Assembly: GCA_951406725.2 (NCBI GenBank)
Contig: OX597819.1
Coordinates: 12,090,001 to 12,154,000 of the forward strand
Reading direction: 5' to 3'
From: Octopus vulgaris
Taxonomy: Eukaryota
DNA length: 64,000 nt
Part shown: piece by piece, positions 1-11,346 of the stretch
Layout of the letters: each line of letters begins with the position of its first letter
Position numbering within the stretch: position 1 is the stretch's first letter
The notes under the pieces: generated by a model
Databases searched by the model: none
Told to the model about the DNA's origin: nothing
What the model saw: the letters and a program-made list of their open reading frames with translations, nothing else
Position numbers and translations under genes: made by a program

Positions 1-187
1 CACCTACCAGTTGCTTACTTCATTATACATTAACTAATAGTTTCCTGAATTATAATATATACCAGTTCCCTATTACTCTATACATCATCATCATTGTCAT
101 CATCTACGGGTTAGTCCATGACCTGCAAACATTTAATGTCACCATTCCTGCAACTTAACTGTTCCATCTTTCTCCTCCAACTTTTAG

Positions 188-287
188 GAACCCTGAAGAT
201 GATTCCACTGTGGTGGGCAAGGAAGTTAAAGGCTGCACCCATCTCTATTATTTAGTTCTGGTGGATTCCAGAGATTGTCCCTACATA
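188..287 (+). CDS. POLDIP2: POLDIP2/PDIP38 internal exon (NPEDDSTVVGKEVKGCTHLYYLVLVDSRDCPYI); upstream exons lie outside the window
   Basis: ttttag acceptor and gtaagt donor; peptide resembles recalled human POLDIP2 KEVKGKTHTYYQVLIDARDCPHI. Confidence 0.9.
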
Positions 288-587
288 GTAAGTTCACACA
301 GTTTCTTCTATGTTATTCTCTCTTTCTTTTCCTCAACAGTACTCCTCTATCAAATAACACTACTACAGCACCCAACATTGTACTATTACACACCATACAG
401 TGCTACGCCACATACACTAGTATACATCATACAGTACTACGTAAATATTGCCCATTCAACACTTTATACTCTGTTTCTATAGAAAATATTTTTATGCTTA
501 TATTGGTGATGAAAGGTAGAGTGATGTACCTTGCCTAAGAGCAATGCCACAAGAATGTCAAGTTTAGGGGCACCCTCTCGTATTACA

Positions 588-810
588 GAGGTGCATGGCT
601 TAGTGGTTAGGATATTTGACTCCTGATCACAAGATTGTGGTTTCAATTCCTGAAGCAGGCAATGCATTGTGTTCTTGAGCAAGACACTTCATTTCACGTT
701 GCTCCAGTCCACTCAGCTGGTGAAAATACATAATCCTGTGATGGACCAGTGTCCCGTCCAGGGAGGAAGAATATACATCAGAGAAGCTGGGAAACCAGCC
801 CTATGCTCCT
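588..810 (+). mobile_element. tRNA-derived SINE (family D)
   Basis: A-box TGGCTTAGTGG and B-box-like GGTTTCAATTCC, ttgagcaag core; related copies near 17700-17985 (-) and 32620-32850 (-). Confidence 0.7.
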
Positions 811-1086
811 TACGGAGTAATGTTGACTAACCTAACCAGTTGGTCAATATTTATATAGCATTTACCAATGTACAAAGATGTTTAACTAATCCCATCCAAA
901 GTCTTAGCTCTGTCAGAACAGATAGGTAGTAGTCCACTCCTTAGAAATTTAGTTATGAAGGGGTCGGACGTTTCACCTTTTAAAGTATAAATCAGTGTTT
1001 TTAACATCATGGTACCACTACTAATACTTCTACTACTACTACTTCTTCGTTGATTTTGTTTGTTTTTCTCTCTTTTATTCTATCAG

Positions 1087-1156
1087 AGAGCCCAAACTGA
1101 AGCTGTCACTTTCCTTGGTAATCAAGAAAACAGCCGAGCTTTGTACGCCATCTCAG
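1087..1156 (+). CDS. POLDIP2: POLDIP2 exon (RAQTEAVTFLGNQENSRALYAIS)
   Basis: polypyrimidine+cag acceptor, gtaagg donor, phase-compatible; resembles human QTEAVTFLANHDDSRALYAI. Confidence 0.92.
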
Positions 1157-2804
1157 GTAAGGCCTTACTTAAAAAAATCATCCTCTTTCCTTGCTGACTC
1201 CCTCTTATGTTTGAATGGTCATTGTCTGTGTTGTTGTTTAACCCCAGTCAATGTTGCTTGACCAATAATCAAAGATGTTCCAGCTATGACTGGTTTCTGT
1301 CAGCAACTACATTGTCCAAGGTGTCCTTGTTTTATTATTAAGAAAACCAGTTGTCATTTAAAACAGATTTGACTGCTGTTTCTAGCAGGTATGGCAGTCT
1401 CATTAATTCTTCCTCCCTTGTTGGCTAGCTATAAGTATAGTGTGCAGTATTATGGGTGTTATTTGTATTAATATGTGCTGTATAGACACAACAGGGGTTG
1501 ATGTTAGGAGAGGCAGGTAGCATCTCCCATCAGCCAAATGGCCCATCTGACATTGGGCTTACACAGTGTGTGCCTTTGGTTATTAATGAGGTCACTGACC
1601 AGTCAAAAGTTGATACTCTTTAGACCCTGTTCAGCTCTGATGGAGCAAACTTACTGTCAAAAATATTCCAGCCATGACCATTCCATCTATTTAAGGGCAT
1701 ATAGGACTTTGTTGCTTGCTATGTTTTCTCCTTATTTGAGGTGGTAATGTGTGGTTTGAATCAGACTTGGCTGGTATTTCTTGTAGTTCAAATAACCATG
1801 TAGAAGCCCCTTAATTCTTGTAGAGCTGGGATGTCATTTTTTCCATGGCACCAGCACCATTGAGGTTATCAAGTACTCACAGGACTGACCCATCAACTGA
1901 ATTATTATTATTGTAAGGTAGCGAGCTGGCAGAATCATTAGCCTACCAGCCGCAATGCTTAACGGCATCTTGCCTGTCTTCACATTCTGGGTTCAATTTC
2001 TGCCAGGGTCAGCTTTTGCCTTTCGTCCTTTCAGGGTTGATAAAATAAGTATCAGTTGAGCACTAGAGTCAATATAATTGATTTACCCCCTCCCCACGGA
2101 TTTGCTGGCCTTGTGCCAAAATTTGAAAGCATTATTTTTATTAATATTATTAAGGTGGTGAGCTGGCAAAGTTGTTAGCACACTGAGCAAGATGTTTAAC
2201 AGAATTTCATGTCTTTATGTTCTGAGGTCAACTTTGCCTTTCATCCTTTTGGGTTGATAAATTAAGTACCAGTCAAGTTCAAGGGTCAATTTAATCAATG
2301 AGCCCTTTCCCCAAAAATTTCAGGCTTTATTCCTGTAGTAGAAAGAATTATAAAATTGAATCAGTTTCTGTGGAGCAGTGTTTTTGACATGGAGCCATAT
2401 TCCAAATGGAATGTGAATTGCTGTACAAACTTGCTCAAGGCACAGTTTCAAGTCTCAAATCCATTCAAGTTGAGGCCATTCTGCACTCTTCAACACAAAA
2501 TGCAACATTAAACTTCTTTAGAAGCATCAACATCAACAACCTTTTGCTGGGAAAATCATGGCTGCCACATCATCATTATCTTCATCATCATCTTTTAATG
2601 TCCATCTTCCATGCTGGCATGGGTTGGTCAGATTGACAGGACCTGACAAGTCCAAGCGCTGCATTATGCTCGCATGTTTACTTTGGTATGGCTTCTATAG
2701 TTGAATGCTCGTCTTAATGCCAACCACTTTACAGAATGTACTGACTGGAGATACAGTGGGGAGGGAGGGGGCATTATGCTTGGAGATAAGAGGGTAAAAT
2801 TAGA

Positions 2805-2896
2805 AAGAAGGGACTAAAACCACAACAAAAATAAGAAGGGACTAAAACCACAACAAAAATAAGAAGGGACTAAAACCACAACAAAAATAAGAAGGG
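2805..2896. repeat. 28-bp minisatellite x3.3 (aagaagggactaaaaccacaacaaaaat)
   Basis: exact units start at 2805, 2833, 2861. Confidence 0.9.
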
Positions 2897-2951
2897 GCCA
2901 AAATGGCAACATTAAATGAGGTGTCTAATATTTTGTTTTTCCTTCCACTAG

Positions 2952-3059
2952 GTCTGGATTATTTGGCCCATGAGGACATCCTGCCATATTCTACACAAGC
3001 AAAACATCCAATTCACCACGAGTTATTTAATAAATTCCTCAGCCATGACCCTGGTGGTT
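2952..3059 (+). CDS. POLDIP2: POLDIP2 exon (GLDYLAHEDILPYSTQAKHPIHHELFNKFLSHDPGG)
   Basis: tag acceptor, gtaagt donor, phase 1-1; resembles human GLDYVAHEDILPY...IQHELF. Confidence 0.92.
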
Positions 3060-3171
3060 GTAAGTTTAACATGTCTTTCCTATTTTCCTCCTGTTAATGT
3101 TTCACACATGTACTTGTTTGCTCAGAGATCATGAGGATGATCATCTGCTGTGAAGTTGCAGTTATCTACTA

Positions 3172-3600
3172 CTCTTTACTCTTTCTCTTTTACTCTTTTA
3201 CTTGTTTCAGTTATTTGACTGCGGCCAAGCTGGAGCACTGCCTTTAGTCGAGCAAATCGACCCCAGGACTTATTCTTTGTAAGCCCAGTACTTATTCTAT
3301 CGGTCTCTTTTGCTGAACCGCTAAGTGACGGGGACGTAAACACACCAGCATCGGTTGTCAAGCAATGCCGGGGGGACAAACACAGACACACAAACATATA
3401 CACACACACACTTATAGATATATATACATATATACGACAGGCTTCTTTCAGTTTCCATCTACCAAATTCACTCACAAGGCATTGGTCGGCCCGGGGCTAT
3501 AGCAGAAGACACTTGCCCAAGATGCCACGCAGTGGGACTGAACCCGGAACCATGTGGTTGGTTAGCAAGCTACTTACCACACAGCCACTCCTGCGCCTAT
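3172..3600 (-). mobile_element. tRNA-derived SINE (family A), full length
   Basis: minus strand begins ggcgcaggagtggctgtgtggtaag (A-box) then ggttcagtccc (B-box); internal (TA)/(TG) tract; aaagagt tail; many copies in window. Confidence 0.85.
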
Positions 3601-4081
3601 GTGACCTGATGTGAGATTAAAACTGAAATGAATTACATTGGGAAAGAGCCATGAGAGCCTCCACCTCACACACACACATATATCATTATACTGACTTTGA
3701 TTTTGTTTTGTGGTAGTAATATTGTATGTTATGTATCGAAGACTTTCAAAGAGAAGATCACTGACTAGGGTTGTAGGTGCCTGCCAACAGACTTAGATAT
3801 TTGATAATTCATAATTATACTAATTAGAGATTAATGATAAAATTAACAATAAAATATGCTGAAAGTAGTTAGTGCATGTATATGTTGAATAGCTGCAGTT
3901 GTAACTCATTATCATCATTATCATTTAATATCTGTTTTTACAAGAGCTGGAGAGTTGCACCAGGCTCCGGTTGCCTGTTTCAACATGGTTTCCATGGTTG
4001 GATGCTCTTCCTAACACCAACTTGTAAAAACAGATATTAAATGATAATGATGATAATGAGTTACAACTGCAGCTATTCAAT

Positions 4082-4559
4082 ATAAGATCTGGTCATCAAA
4101 TCTAAGTAGAGACTTCAAACTTGAAATCTCCAAAGCCACAGTCGAACCAATTCTACTATATGGCTCAGAAACCTGGACGTTATCAAAGAAGCTTGAGAGG
4201 CGGTTGGATGGAACCTACACTTGCCTCCTTATGAGAGCTCAAAATCTCTTGTGGAAGCACCATCCAACCAAAATGCAAATATATGGGAAACTACCACCTG
4301 TGTCATCTCTTGTGAAAGGTAAGAGAGTCCAGTTTGCTGGACATTGTTGTAGAGCTGAAAAAGAGGTAATTTCTACTCTTCTCCTCTGGAAGCCATCTAC
4401 TCGCAATACCAGAGGGCGCACACTCTCCTACCCTGATGTAATCTCCAGGGATATAGGCATCCAGCAACAGGACCTCTGTAATGCCATGATGGACTGTGAA
4501 GTCTGGCGTAGCATGGTAAATTCATTGTCTTGACCACGGTCGAACAATGATGATGATAG
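4082..4559 (+). mobile_element. 5'-truncated RTE-clade LINE (ORF2 C-terminus) with (TGA)n tail
   Basis: LLYGSETWTL motif; highly similar to 21482-22143; TSD aacaccaact at 4013-4022 and 4560-4569. Confidence 0.85.
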
Positions 4560-4998
4560 AACACCAACTGCTGTCAACAGTTTGCCTTTATTCTTTCATT
4601 CCTTGCAAAATGTGGAGTAGTAAACGATTAAGATTGCTGTGTGGGGAGCAGTGAGCATGAATATCATGTTGCTCTTTAGCCCCAGGTCAACCCTTACTGG
4701 GCAAACCTGTGATTAGAGACACCAGCATTGATCATCCTGGTGGTGGTATGGTGATGAATGGTAGCTGTTTTAGAGGTAGGAGATAAGTGTTATTGTCATG
4801 TGATGGTGATGAAGCTATATAATGGTAGGTGTTTTGGAGGTAAATGGTTATTTGGAAGGCAGAGACGATTATTAGATGATGATGAAGACTGGCAGGTAGA
4901 CTAAAAAACTACCATATGGACGATTTCGGTGTCTCTTTGCTGAAAAGAAATCTGCTCCAGCGTGTTGAGATGTGGAAATTTTTTGCAATTATTTTCAG

Positions 4999-5135
4999 CC
5001 CCAGCATTTGTGGCAAAGGACACACTGCGTGCATGGCAAGAGAAAAACCACCCCTGGCTGCAACTGTCTGATGTACATCGAGAGACAACAGAAAACATCC
5101 GGGTGACAGTCATTCCTTTCTACATTGGAAGCAGG
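4999..5135 (+). CDS. POLDIP2: POLDIP2 exon (PAFVAKDTLRAWQEKNHPWLQLSDVHRETTENIRVTVIPFYIGSR)
   Basis: ttttcag acceptor, gtgagt donor; near identical to human LRAWQEKNHPWLELSDVHRETTENIRVTVIPFY. Confidence 0.95.
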
Positions 5136-5372
5136 GTGAGTTTCGTACCCGTTTGTGTATCTGTATTTATCTATCCTCCTACCAATCTATTTTTGTCCAT
5201 CTCTTTATATTATAATTCTCTGAACTCTTATGTACGCTTCTTTTCTTTGTACCACACACAAAGCAACTGTTTCTCCTGTTCTGTACATCAGAATGATATC
5301 TTGAATCCTGCCTCAGGACTTCTAAAAGACAAGATATTGAACAGTTCTTACTTTACCTGAGATATCTGTGCA

Positions 5373-5793
5373 GATAGGCGGTGAGCTTGCAGAAACATTA
5401 GCATGCTGGGCGATGAATGCTTAGCGGTATTTCGTCTGCCATTACGTTCTGAGTTCAAATTCCGCCGAGGTCGACTTTGCCTTTCATCCTTTCGGGGTCG
5501 ATAAATTAAGTACCAGTTATGCACTGGGGTCGATGTAATCAACTTAATACCTATGTCTGTCCTTGTTTGTCCCCTCTGTGTTTAGCCCCTTGTGGGTAAT
5601 AAAGAAATAGGTATTTCGTCTGCCGTTACGTTCTGTGTTCAAATTCCGCCGAGGTCGACTTTGCCTTTCATCCTTTCAGGGTCGATAAATTAAGTACCAG
5701 TTACGCACTAGAGTCGATGTAATCGACTTAATCCCTTTGTCCGTGCTTGTTTGCCCCCTCTATGTTTAGCCCCTTGTGGGCAGTAAAGAAATA
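5373..5793 (+). mobile_element. SINE family B with internal tandem duplication
   Basis: gagttcaaattcc B-box; 13-bp TSD agatatctgtgca at 5360-5372 and 5794-5806; related copies at about 1915, 2150, 7180, 11945(-), 14310(-), 18205, 28310, 34580 and 39880. Confidence 0.85.
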
Positions 5794-6089
5794 AGATATC
5801 TGTGCAAAAGCTGATCAGATGTCTTTAACTGCTCTTAGATGGTAGACTTATTCCATTACCCAGTTCAACACCACAGCCTGGCCCTTTGGTGTCTGAATTG
5901 AAGTCCACTCCCTTGCAAACATTGAACCCAAGTCTTCAGTCTGAGGATGACTTCCTGTCTTGATAAAGCTGGGGCTTGCAAAAGACTGTAGACACGACCC
6001 TTCCTTTTCTGAACCATTTAAAATACTTTGTTTTTAAACCCATTTCTTTTATTTGATGTATCTCACATTGATATAATTCTATATTTCAG

Positions 6090-6116
6090 GATTCCCAACA
6101 GACTCATGTGTTTTGG
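6090..6116 (+). CDS. POLDIP2: POLDIP2 27-nt micro-exon (DSQQTHVFW)
   Basis: tttcag/gtaagt boundaries, phase 0-0; fills the EAQNSHVYW gap of the human protein. Confidence 0.85.
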
Positions 6117-7599
6117 GTAAGTGCTCACCTCTTTGTATCTATTTCTTGTTGGCCACTCCTAAGAAGATGGGGGTCATCTCTGCAAGAAGATGGAAAGAGG
6201 ACACTTGGGTTGGAAAGGTGGATGAGAAGAAGGGAGAACTGAAAGCATTACAAGAATCTACTAGAGATGAACCAGTGTGTTTATGGATACCTTGTTCATC
6301 CATCCCTAGGATGATGGCTACCACATCATATCAGTCATGTGTTTGAGGGCTGAAACACTGTGTTCAGGAATGACAGACACGTCCAATACATGCATGAAAT
6401 ATTCTATTGTATGTTGGACAGACAAGATTGAAATTTCTTTGCCAAATTGTTTATAGCTCTGGACTTATAATGGTTCCACTTTAGCTTATCTGATCCTGGT
6501 TTAGATCATTTAACCAAAGGAGAAAAGGCAGCACCCACAACCTTTTAAATCTTTTTCTGATCCTCCAAGTCCAAGAATACTGGGTGGAAAGGAGAAATTT
6601 TTGCCTTCAAACTGAAGACCTGGTCTAAATGTTTGTAGCAGTGCTGACTCTGCTAACAGTATCCAAGGGGCCATGTTGTGTTTAACCTTCAAACAGGAAG
6701 AGTTCCTCCATCAAAGGGCACCAACCCAGTTTCTGTCTACCAAATTCAACTTGAAAGTTTTGGTTGAACAAAGACAATGTCTCAAGACACTTATCCAAGT
6801 TGACTTGCATTGGGATTGAACCCAAAGTCGCAAAATGGTCTTCTTAACCACAGAGTTAAGGCCTTCAATGAAAAACCTGCAAAAGATAATCAACAAGAGT
6901 CTCAAAAATGAAATCCGATGAAGGCTGGTCTGGATTGAACACAAAATAGAAAGCTAATTCTTGTAAAAGTATAATTAGTATACTCCAATTAATGGCCCAT
7001 TAATTAAATGTTTATATATTTTATTTTAATCAAAAAATTTTGCATGCAATTCTTTTGTAGAGTCATGTTCTAACAAATAAGTTAATGAAAAAAATATTAA
7101 CGAGTTCCAATGAGGATGTGTGCCAGAAACTAATGTTCCTCATGCTTACCTGAGTCAGGTAGAATTCATTAGGACAAAGGCAGCAAGCTAGCAGAAATGA
7201 TAGCATGCCGGGTGAAATGCTTAGAGGTATTTTATCTGTCTTTACATTCTGAGTTCAAATTCCGCCGAGGTCAACTTTGCCTTTCATCCTTTCAGGGTCG
7301 ATAAATTAAGTACCAGTTGAGTACAGGGGTCAATCTAATTGACTGGCCCCCTTTCCCAAAAATTCTGGGCCTTAGGCTTAGAGTAGGAAAGAATTCATTA
7401 GGACAGACCTTCTATGGCTTGATGCCCTTCCAGTTTCCATGGAAGTCTGGAAATAAAACACATCCCTTTTATGAATGTAACACTCATTTACAACTAACAT
7501 GATATCAAAAATATAGGGGTGCATACATACACACACATAGCAGGCTTCGACCACAAACTGGAGGGTCAGTCACTTGTGTATTTTCTTTTTTTTTTCCAG

Positions 7600-7725
7600 T
7601 GGCGCTACTGTGTTCGACTTGAGAATTTGGGTGAAGAAAGTGTCCAGTTACGAGAAAGACACTGGAGAATCTTTAGCTTGTCTGGAACCCTAGAAACTGT
7701 ACGCGGTCGAGGTGTTGTTGGCCAG
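7600..7725 (+). CDS. POLDIP2: POLDIP2 exon, ApaG/DUF525 domain (WRYCVRLENLGEESVQLRERHWRIFSLSGTLETVRGRGVVGQ)
   Basis: long T tract+ccag acceptor, gtgagc donor; ApaG motif QLRERHWRI...VRGRGVVG. Confidence 0.95.
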
Positions 7726-7789
7726 GTGAGCTGAACCAGTTTCATTTTATTTTAATAACATTAGGAACATGATTTTGGTTATTTTGACA

Positions 7790-8600
7790 TTTGGGGAACA
7801 GCCATGCTACACATCAATGACACATAGGCTGCAACTGCTGAGGACATACATAGGCTTGAAAGAAATTAAGTTAGTATGCTTCGCTGAATGTGTAATGTTA
7901 GTGTGCATGTAAGACAGAGTGTCAGCGTCTTGGGAGAAAAGCTGGGCATAAGAGGCATCAGATGTGGTGTGCAAGAGAGATGACTGCATTGCTATGGTCA
8001 TGTGAAGTGCTGATCTCTACAAGTAGAAGGAAGCTGTGGAAGAGAGAGATCCGGGAAGACATGGGATGAGGTGGTGAAGCATGATCTTCAAACATTGGGC
8101 CTCACAGAAGCAATGACTAGTAACCGAGACTATGCCATGCTTGAGAAGTCCCGTCAAGCCAAGTGAAATCATAGCTAAGGTCGTTGTTGGTGCCACATAA
8201 CTGGCACCTGTGCTGGTGGTGCATAAAAAGCACCTTTCAAGCGTTGGGCATCACAGAGGCAATGTGAATGATGCTGGTAGCACATAAGAAGCATCTTTCG
8301 AATGCTGGGCCTCATGTAAGGCAATAACAAATAACCAAGACCTATGACAATATGCTGTGCTTGAGAAGAAGACCCATCAAGCCAAGTGGCAGATACTGGT
8401 GTCACACAAACTAGTACCCATGCCAGTGACATGTAAAAGCACCCATTACACTCTCAGAGTGATTGGCATTAGGAAGGGCATCCAGCTGTAGAAACCATAC
8501 CAAATCAGACTTGACTTTGGTGCAGCCCCTCAGTTTATCATCCCTGGTCAAACCGTCCAACCCATGCCAGCATGGACAACAGATACTAAATGATGATGAA
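7790..8600 (+). mobile_element. Degenerate RTE LINE 3' fragment (ORF2 end plus 3'UTR with (ATG)n tail)
   Basis: homologous to 28957-30200; gggcatccagctgtagaaac...catgccagcatgg 3' motif. Confidence 0.75.
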
Positions 8601-8656
8601 GCCTTGTTGGTTGTAAAGTGTGATAAATATTAACTAAACTGGCAATTGTACATTAC

Positions 8657-8960
8657 TGATGATGATGGCAATCCCTCAAGGTCGAGGATGATGGTCTTCG
8701 CGCAAATTTATTGGTGAGTCCGTAGGTGACCGATAAGACCAATTCTTGCTTGAAAAGATCGGTTGTAGTGCGGACATCTACTGCTGGAAGGGAGAGTCGC
8801 ACGTGGTTGTTGTTGGCGCTCCTTCCGTCGTCGTCTTTTCTCCTCCAGCTCTGCAGACCTTTTCGACTCGAAATTCACCGTTCCCTCATGGATGGTGGTT
8901 TTCCAGAGTGGTCTGTTTTTTGCCATTTCCTCCCAGTTTGTGAAGTCGATGTCACACTTT
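8657..8960 (-). mobile_element. RTE/BovB-like LINE 3' end
   Basis: peptide EEKRRRRKERQ...CPHYNRSFQARIGLIGHLRTH typical of RTE ORF2 C-termini; short repeat tail. Confidence 0.75.
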
Positions 8961-9222
8961 TTGAGGTTCGAACCTCAAAAAATGAAAACATTACTGATAT
9001 GGGGCTGATATATGACATTCTGTCCTTCATTTCATGGTTGTTAAACTTCATTAACGTAAAAACAAAAATGCGTGAGGTTCCGCTGCTGTTGTTGTTGTTG
9101 GTGGTGGTGTTGTTGTTTTTTGTTGTATGCTAGACAGAATCTGAAAAGATGGTGGCAGATGAGGAGTGGGGAGAACTTCAACTAACTAACCGTAACCACT
9201 TTAATATCTCTGTCTCTTTTAG

Positions 9223-9302
9223 GAACCAATTCTGTCAAAAGAACAGCCAGCCTTTCAATACAGCAGCCATATATCTTTACAAGCACCGAGTGGACATATG
9301 TG
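9223..9302 (+). CDS. POLDIP2: POLDIP2 exon (EPILSKEQPAFQYSSHISLQAPSGHMW)
   Basis: ttttag acceptor, gtgagt donor; resembles human EPVLSKEQPAFQYSSHVSLQASSGHMW. Confidence 0.95.
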
Positions 9303-9479
9303 GTGAGTTTTTTTATATCTTTTGTTTCAATGAAACTACTTTCTGGGTGGTGGGCAGCAATGAGAGAGAGAACTATATGGATGTGTGATGATTGCAAATG
9401 TTGGCCAATGTGGAAATTCATTGTTCAGCTGACATCCCAGCCATGCCCCATCCTCTCTCTTTTTCTAGTTTGTTTATTC

Positions 9480-9872
9480 AGAACTGGCTTCCATGCTGGT
9501 GGCACGTAAAAAGCACCATTCGAGCATGATCGTTACCAGCGTCGCCTTACTGGCACGTGAAAAAACATTTGAGCGAAGTCGTTGCCAGTGCCGCTGGACT
9601 GGCTCCTGTGCAGGTGGCACATAAAAAAACACACTATTTTAGCATTGCCATTGCCAGTACTGCCTAACTGGCCCTTGTGCCGGTGGCACGTAAAAGCACC
9701 CACTACACTCTCGGAGTGGTTGGTGTTAGGAAGGGCATCCAGCTGTTGAAACTCTGCCAGATCAAGATTGGAGCCTGATGCAGCCATCTGGTTCGCCAGT
9801 GCCCAGTCAAATCGTCCAACCCATGCTAGCATGGAAAGCAGACGTTGAACGATGATGATGATGATGATGATA
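9480..9872 (+). mobile_element. RTE-derived 3'UTR repeat (family C)
   Basis: tggcacgtaaaagcac subrepeats and (GAT)n tail; other copies at about 11450, 12350, 13680, 14610, 27830, 28583, 42483, 48360, 49922 and 59280. Confidence 0.8.
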
Positions 9873-10168
9873 ACAACTTTTATCCAGTCTATTCATCTCA
9901 TTTGAAAGATAAATAGGTGAACTTTGAAGGAGAGTTGGCTGCTGGTCCTAACATATTGAGTGACTGTGTAGGAACACAAATTAGGATTTGCAGGTATGAC
10001 TATGTGGTTCTGGGTACACCCCCTACTCACCTGCACCTTGAGTGTCTTCTGCCACGGCCCCAGGTTAACCAGCCAGTGCTTTGCGAGTGAAATTTAAAAT
10101 ATTCTGACTGTGCAGAAACTTGTCTTTGTATAGCTGTGTAAAATTGTTGAACAGAAATACCTTGTTGT

Positions 10169-10581
10169 ATTTGGGTGAAGAAAGCGTCTAGTTACGAGAA
10201 AGACACTGGAGAATCTTTAGCTTGTCTGGAACCCTAGAAACTGTACGCAGTCGAGGTGTTGTTGGCCAGGTGAGTTGAACCAGTTTCATTTTATTTTAAT
10301 AACATTAGGAACATGATTTTGGTTATTTTGACATTTGAGGAACAGCCATGCTACATATCAATGACACATGGGCTGCAACTGCTGAGGACATACATAGGCT
10401 TGAAAGAAATGAAGTTAGTATGCTTCGCTGAATGTGTAATGTTAGTGTGCATGTAAGACAGAGTGTCAGCATCTTGGGAGAAAAGCTGGGCATAAGAGGC
10501 ATCAGATCTGGTGTGCAAGAGAGATGACTGCATTGCTATGGTCATGTGAAGTGCTGATCTCTACAAGTAGAAGGAAGCTGT
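10169..10581 (+). pseudogene. 413-bp intragenic duplicate of 7625-8037 (partial POLDIP2 ApaG exon plus adjacent intron)
   Basis: near-identical sequence at offset 2544; lacks the first 25 nt and acceptor of the exon, carries CAG>TAG, retains a gtgagt donor. Confidence 0.9.
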
Positions 10582-10871
10582 CTGTTATGTCTGTTTGTAC
10601 CCAACAATTGACTTAGCCATTCAGAAGAGATCCAGAAAAAATAAGTATAAGGATGAAATAAAAACTGGGGTCAATATAGTTAATTAAAACCCTTAAAGGT
10701 AATGCCCCAGCATGGCCACATTCTATGACTAAAACCAGTAAAAGAACTAAAGAAATACATGTTTGATAATACGTTTTTTTTTTCTTTTTATTATCTCTCT
10801 CATAACCATCACTGTCTCACAATTCCATACAGTCAGACATTCAGCTTCAATTAATGTTGTTGTCTTTACAG

Positions 10872-10989
10872 GGGTACCTACAAGATGGAACGTCGAGATG
10901 GGACGGCCTTTGAATGTCGAATACCTCCATTTTCTTTAGAGAGTAAATCTGATGACGCCAATAACCCCCATGGTTTATTGGATAGCTGA
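10872..10989 (+). CDS. POLDIP2: POLDIP2 terminal coding exon (GTYKMERRDGTAFECRIPPFSLESKSDDANNPHGLLDS*)
   Basis: tttacag acceptor, phase 2, TGA at 10987-10989; RIPPFSLES motif conserved. Confidence 0.93.
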
Positions 10990-11061
10990 CTGCTTTTTCT
11001 TCTTCTTCTAGTTTGGGGACTGTAGGGGAGGGGATATCTTTGCGGGAATTTAGGCTTCAAT

Positions 11062-11076
11062 AATAAATTGAATAAA
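11062..11076 (+). terminator. Candidate polyadenylation signals of POLDIP2 (AATAAA x2)
   Basis: AATAAA at 11062 and 11071, followed by GT/T-rich sequence, about 75 nt after the stop. Confidence 0.55.
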
Positions 11077-11302
11077 ATAGTAATTTTGTTGTTTGCTTAA
11101 TCTGTTCATCAATTAAATACCACTAATTGGTCCTGAAGTGCCTTCAATGGACTCCATTCTGTTGCAAGAATTCAGACCATGTCTCTTTCTCTCACCTGTT
11201 TCAGCAGCATTGAAACACCTCATTGATGCTCTTCTTGTGACTAAACAATTGCCACCTCTATTTACATTTGATGGATATTTGTCCTCATCTTGTTTGTTAT
11301 TA

Positions 11303-11346
11303 ACACAACATTTCGGCTGATATACCCTCCAGCCTTCATCAGGTGT
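11303..11346 (-). ncRNA. Minimal hammerhead-ribozyme-like motif (degenerate)
   Basis: minus strand ACAC-CTGATGA-A-GGCTG...CAGCC-GAAA-TGTT-GTGT; stems I and II pair. Confidence 0.5.

Noticed and set aside
210-482. Track ORFs extending POLDIP2 exons into introns (also 2903-3097, 4962-5360, 7519-7734)
   Set aside because: Similarity to POLDIP2 stops exactly at the canonical splice sites; the extensions are intronic.
2805-2896. Short direct repeats as a CRISPR-like array (also 50155-50737)
   Set aside because: Head-to-tail units without unique spacers, in eukaryotic DNA.
3540-3600. tRNA-like A/B box sequences
   Set aside because: They are heads of multi-copy SINEs without a complete cloverleaf, not tRNA genes.
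8708-8926. CPHY...HLRTH peptide as another host zinc-finger gene
   Set aside because: It is the C-terminus of an RTE/BovB-like LINE ORF2 with the element's tail adjacent.
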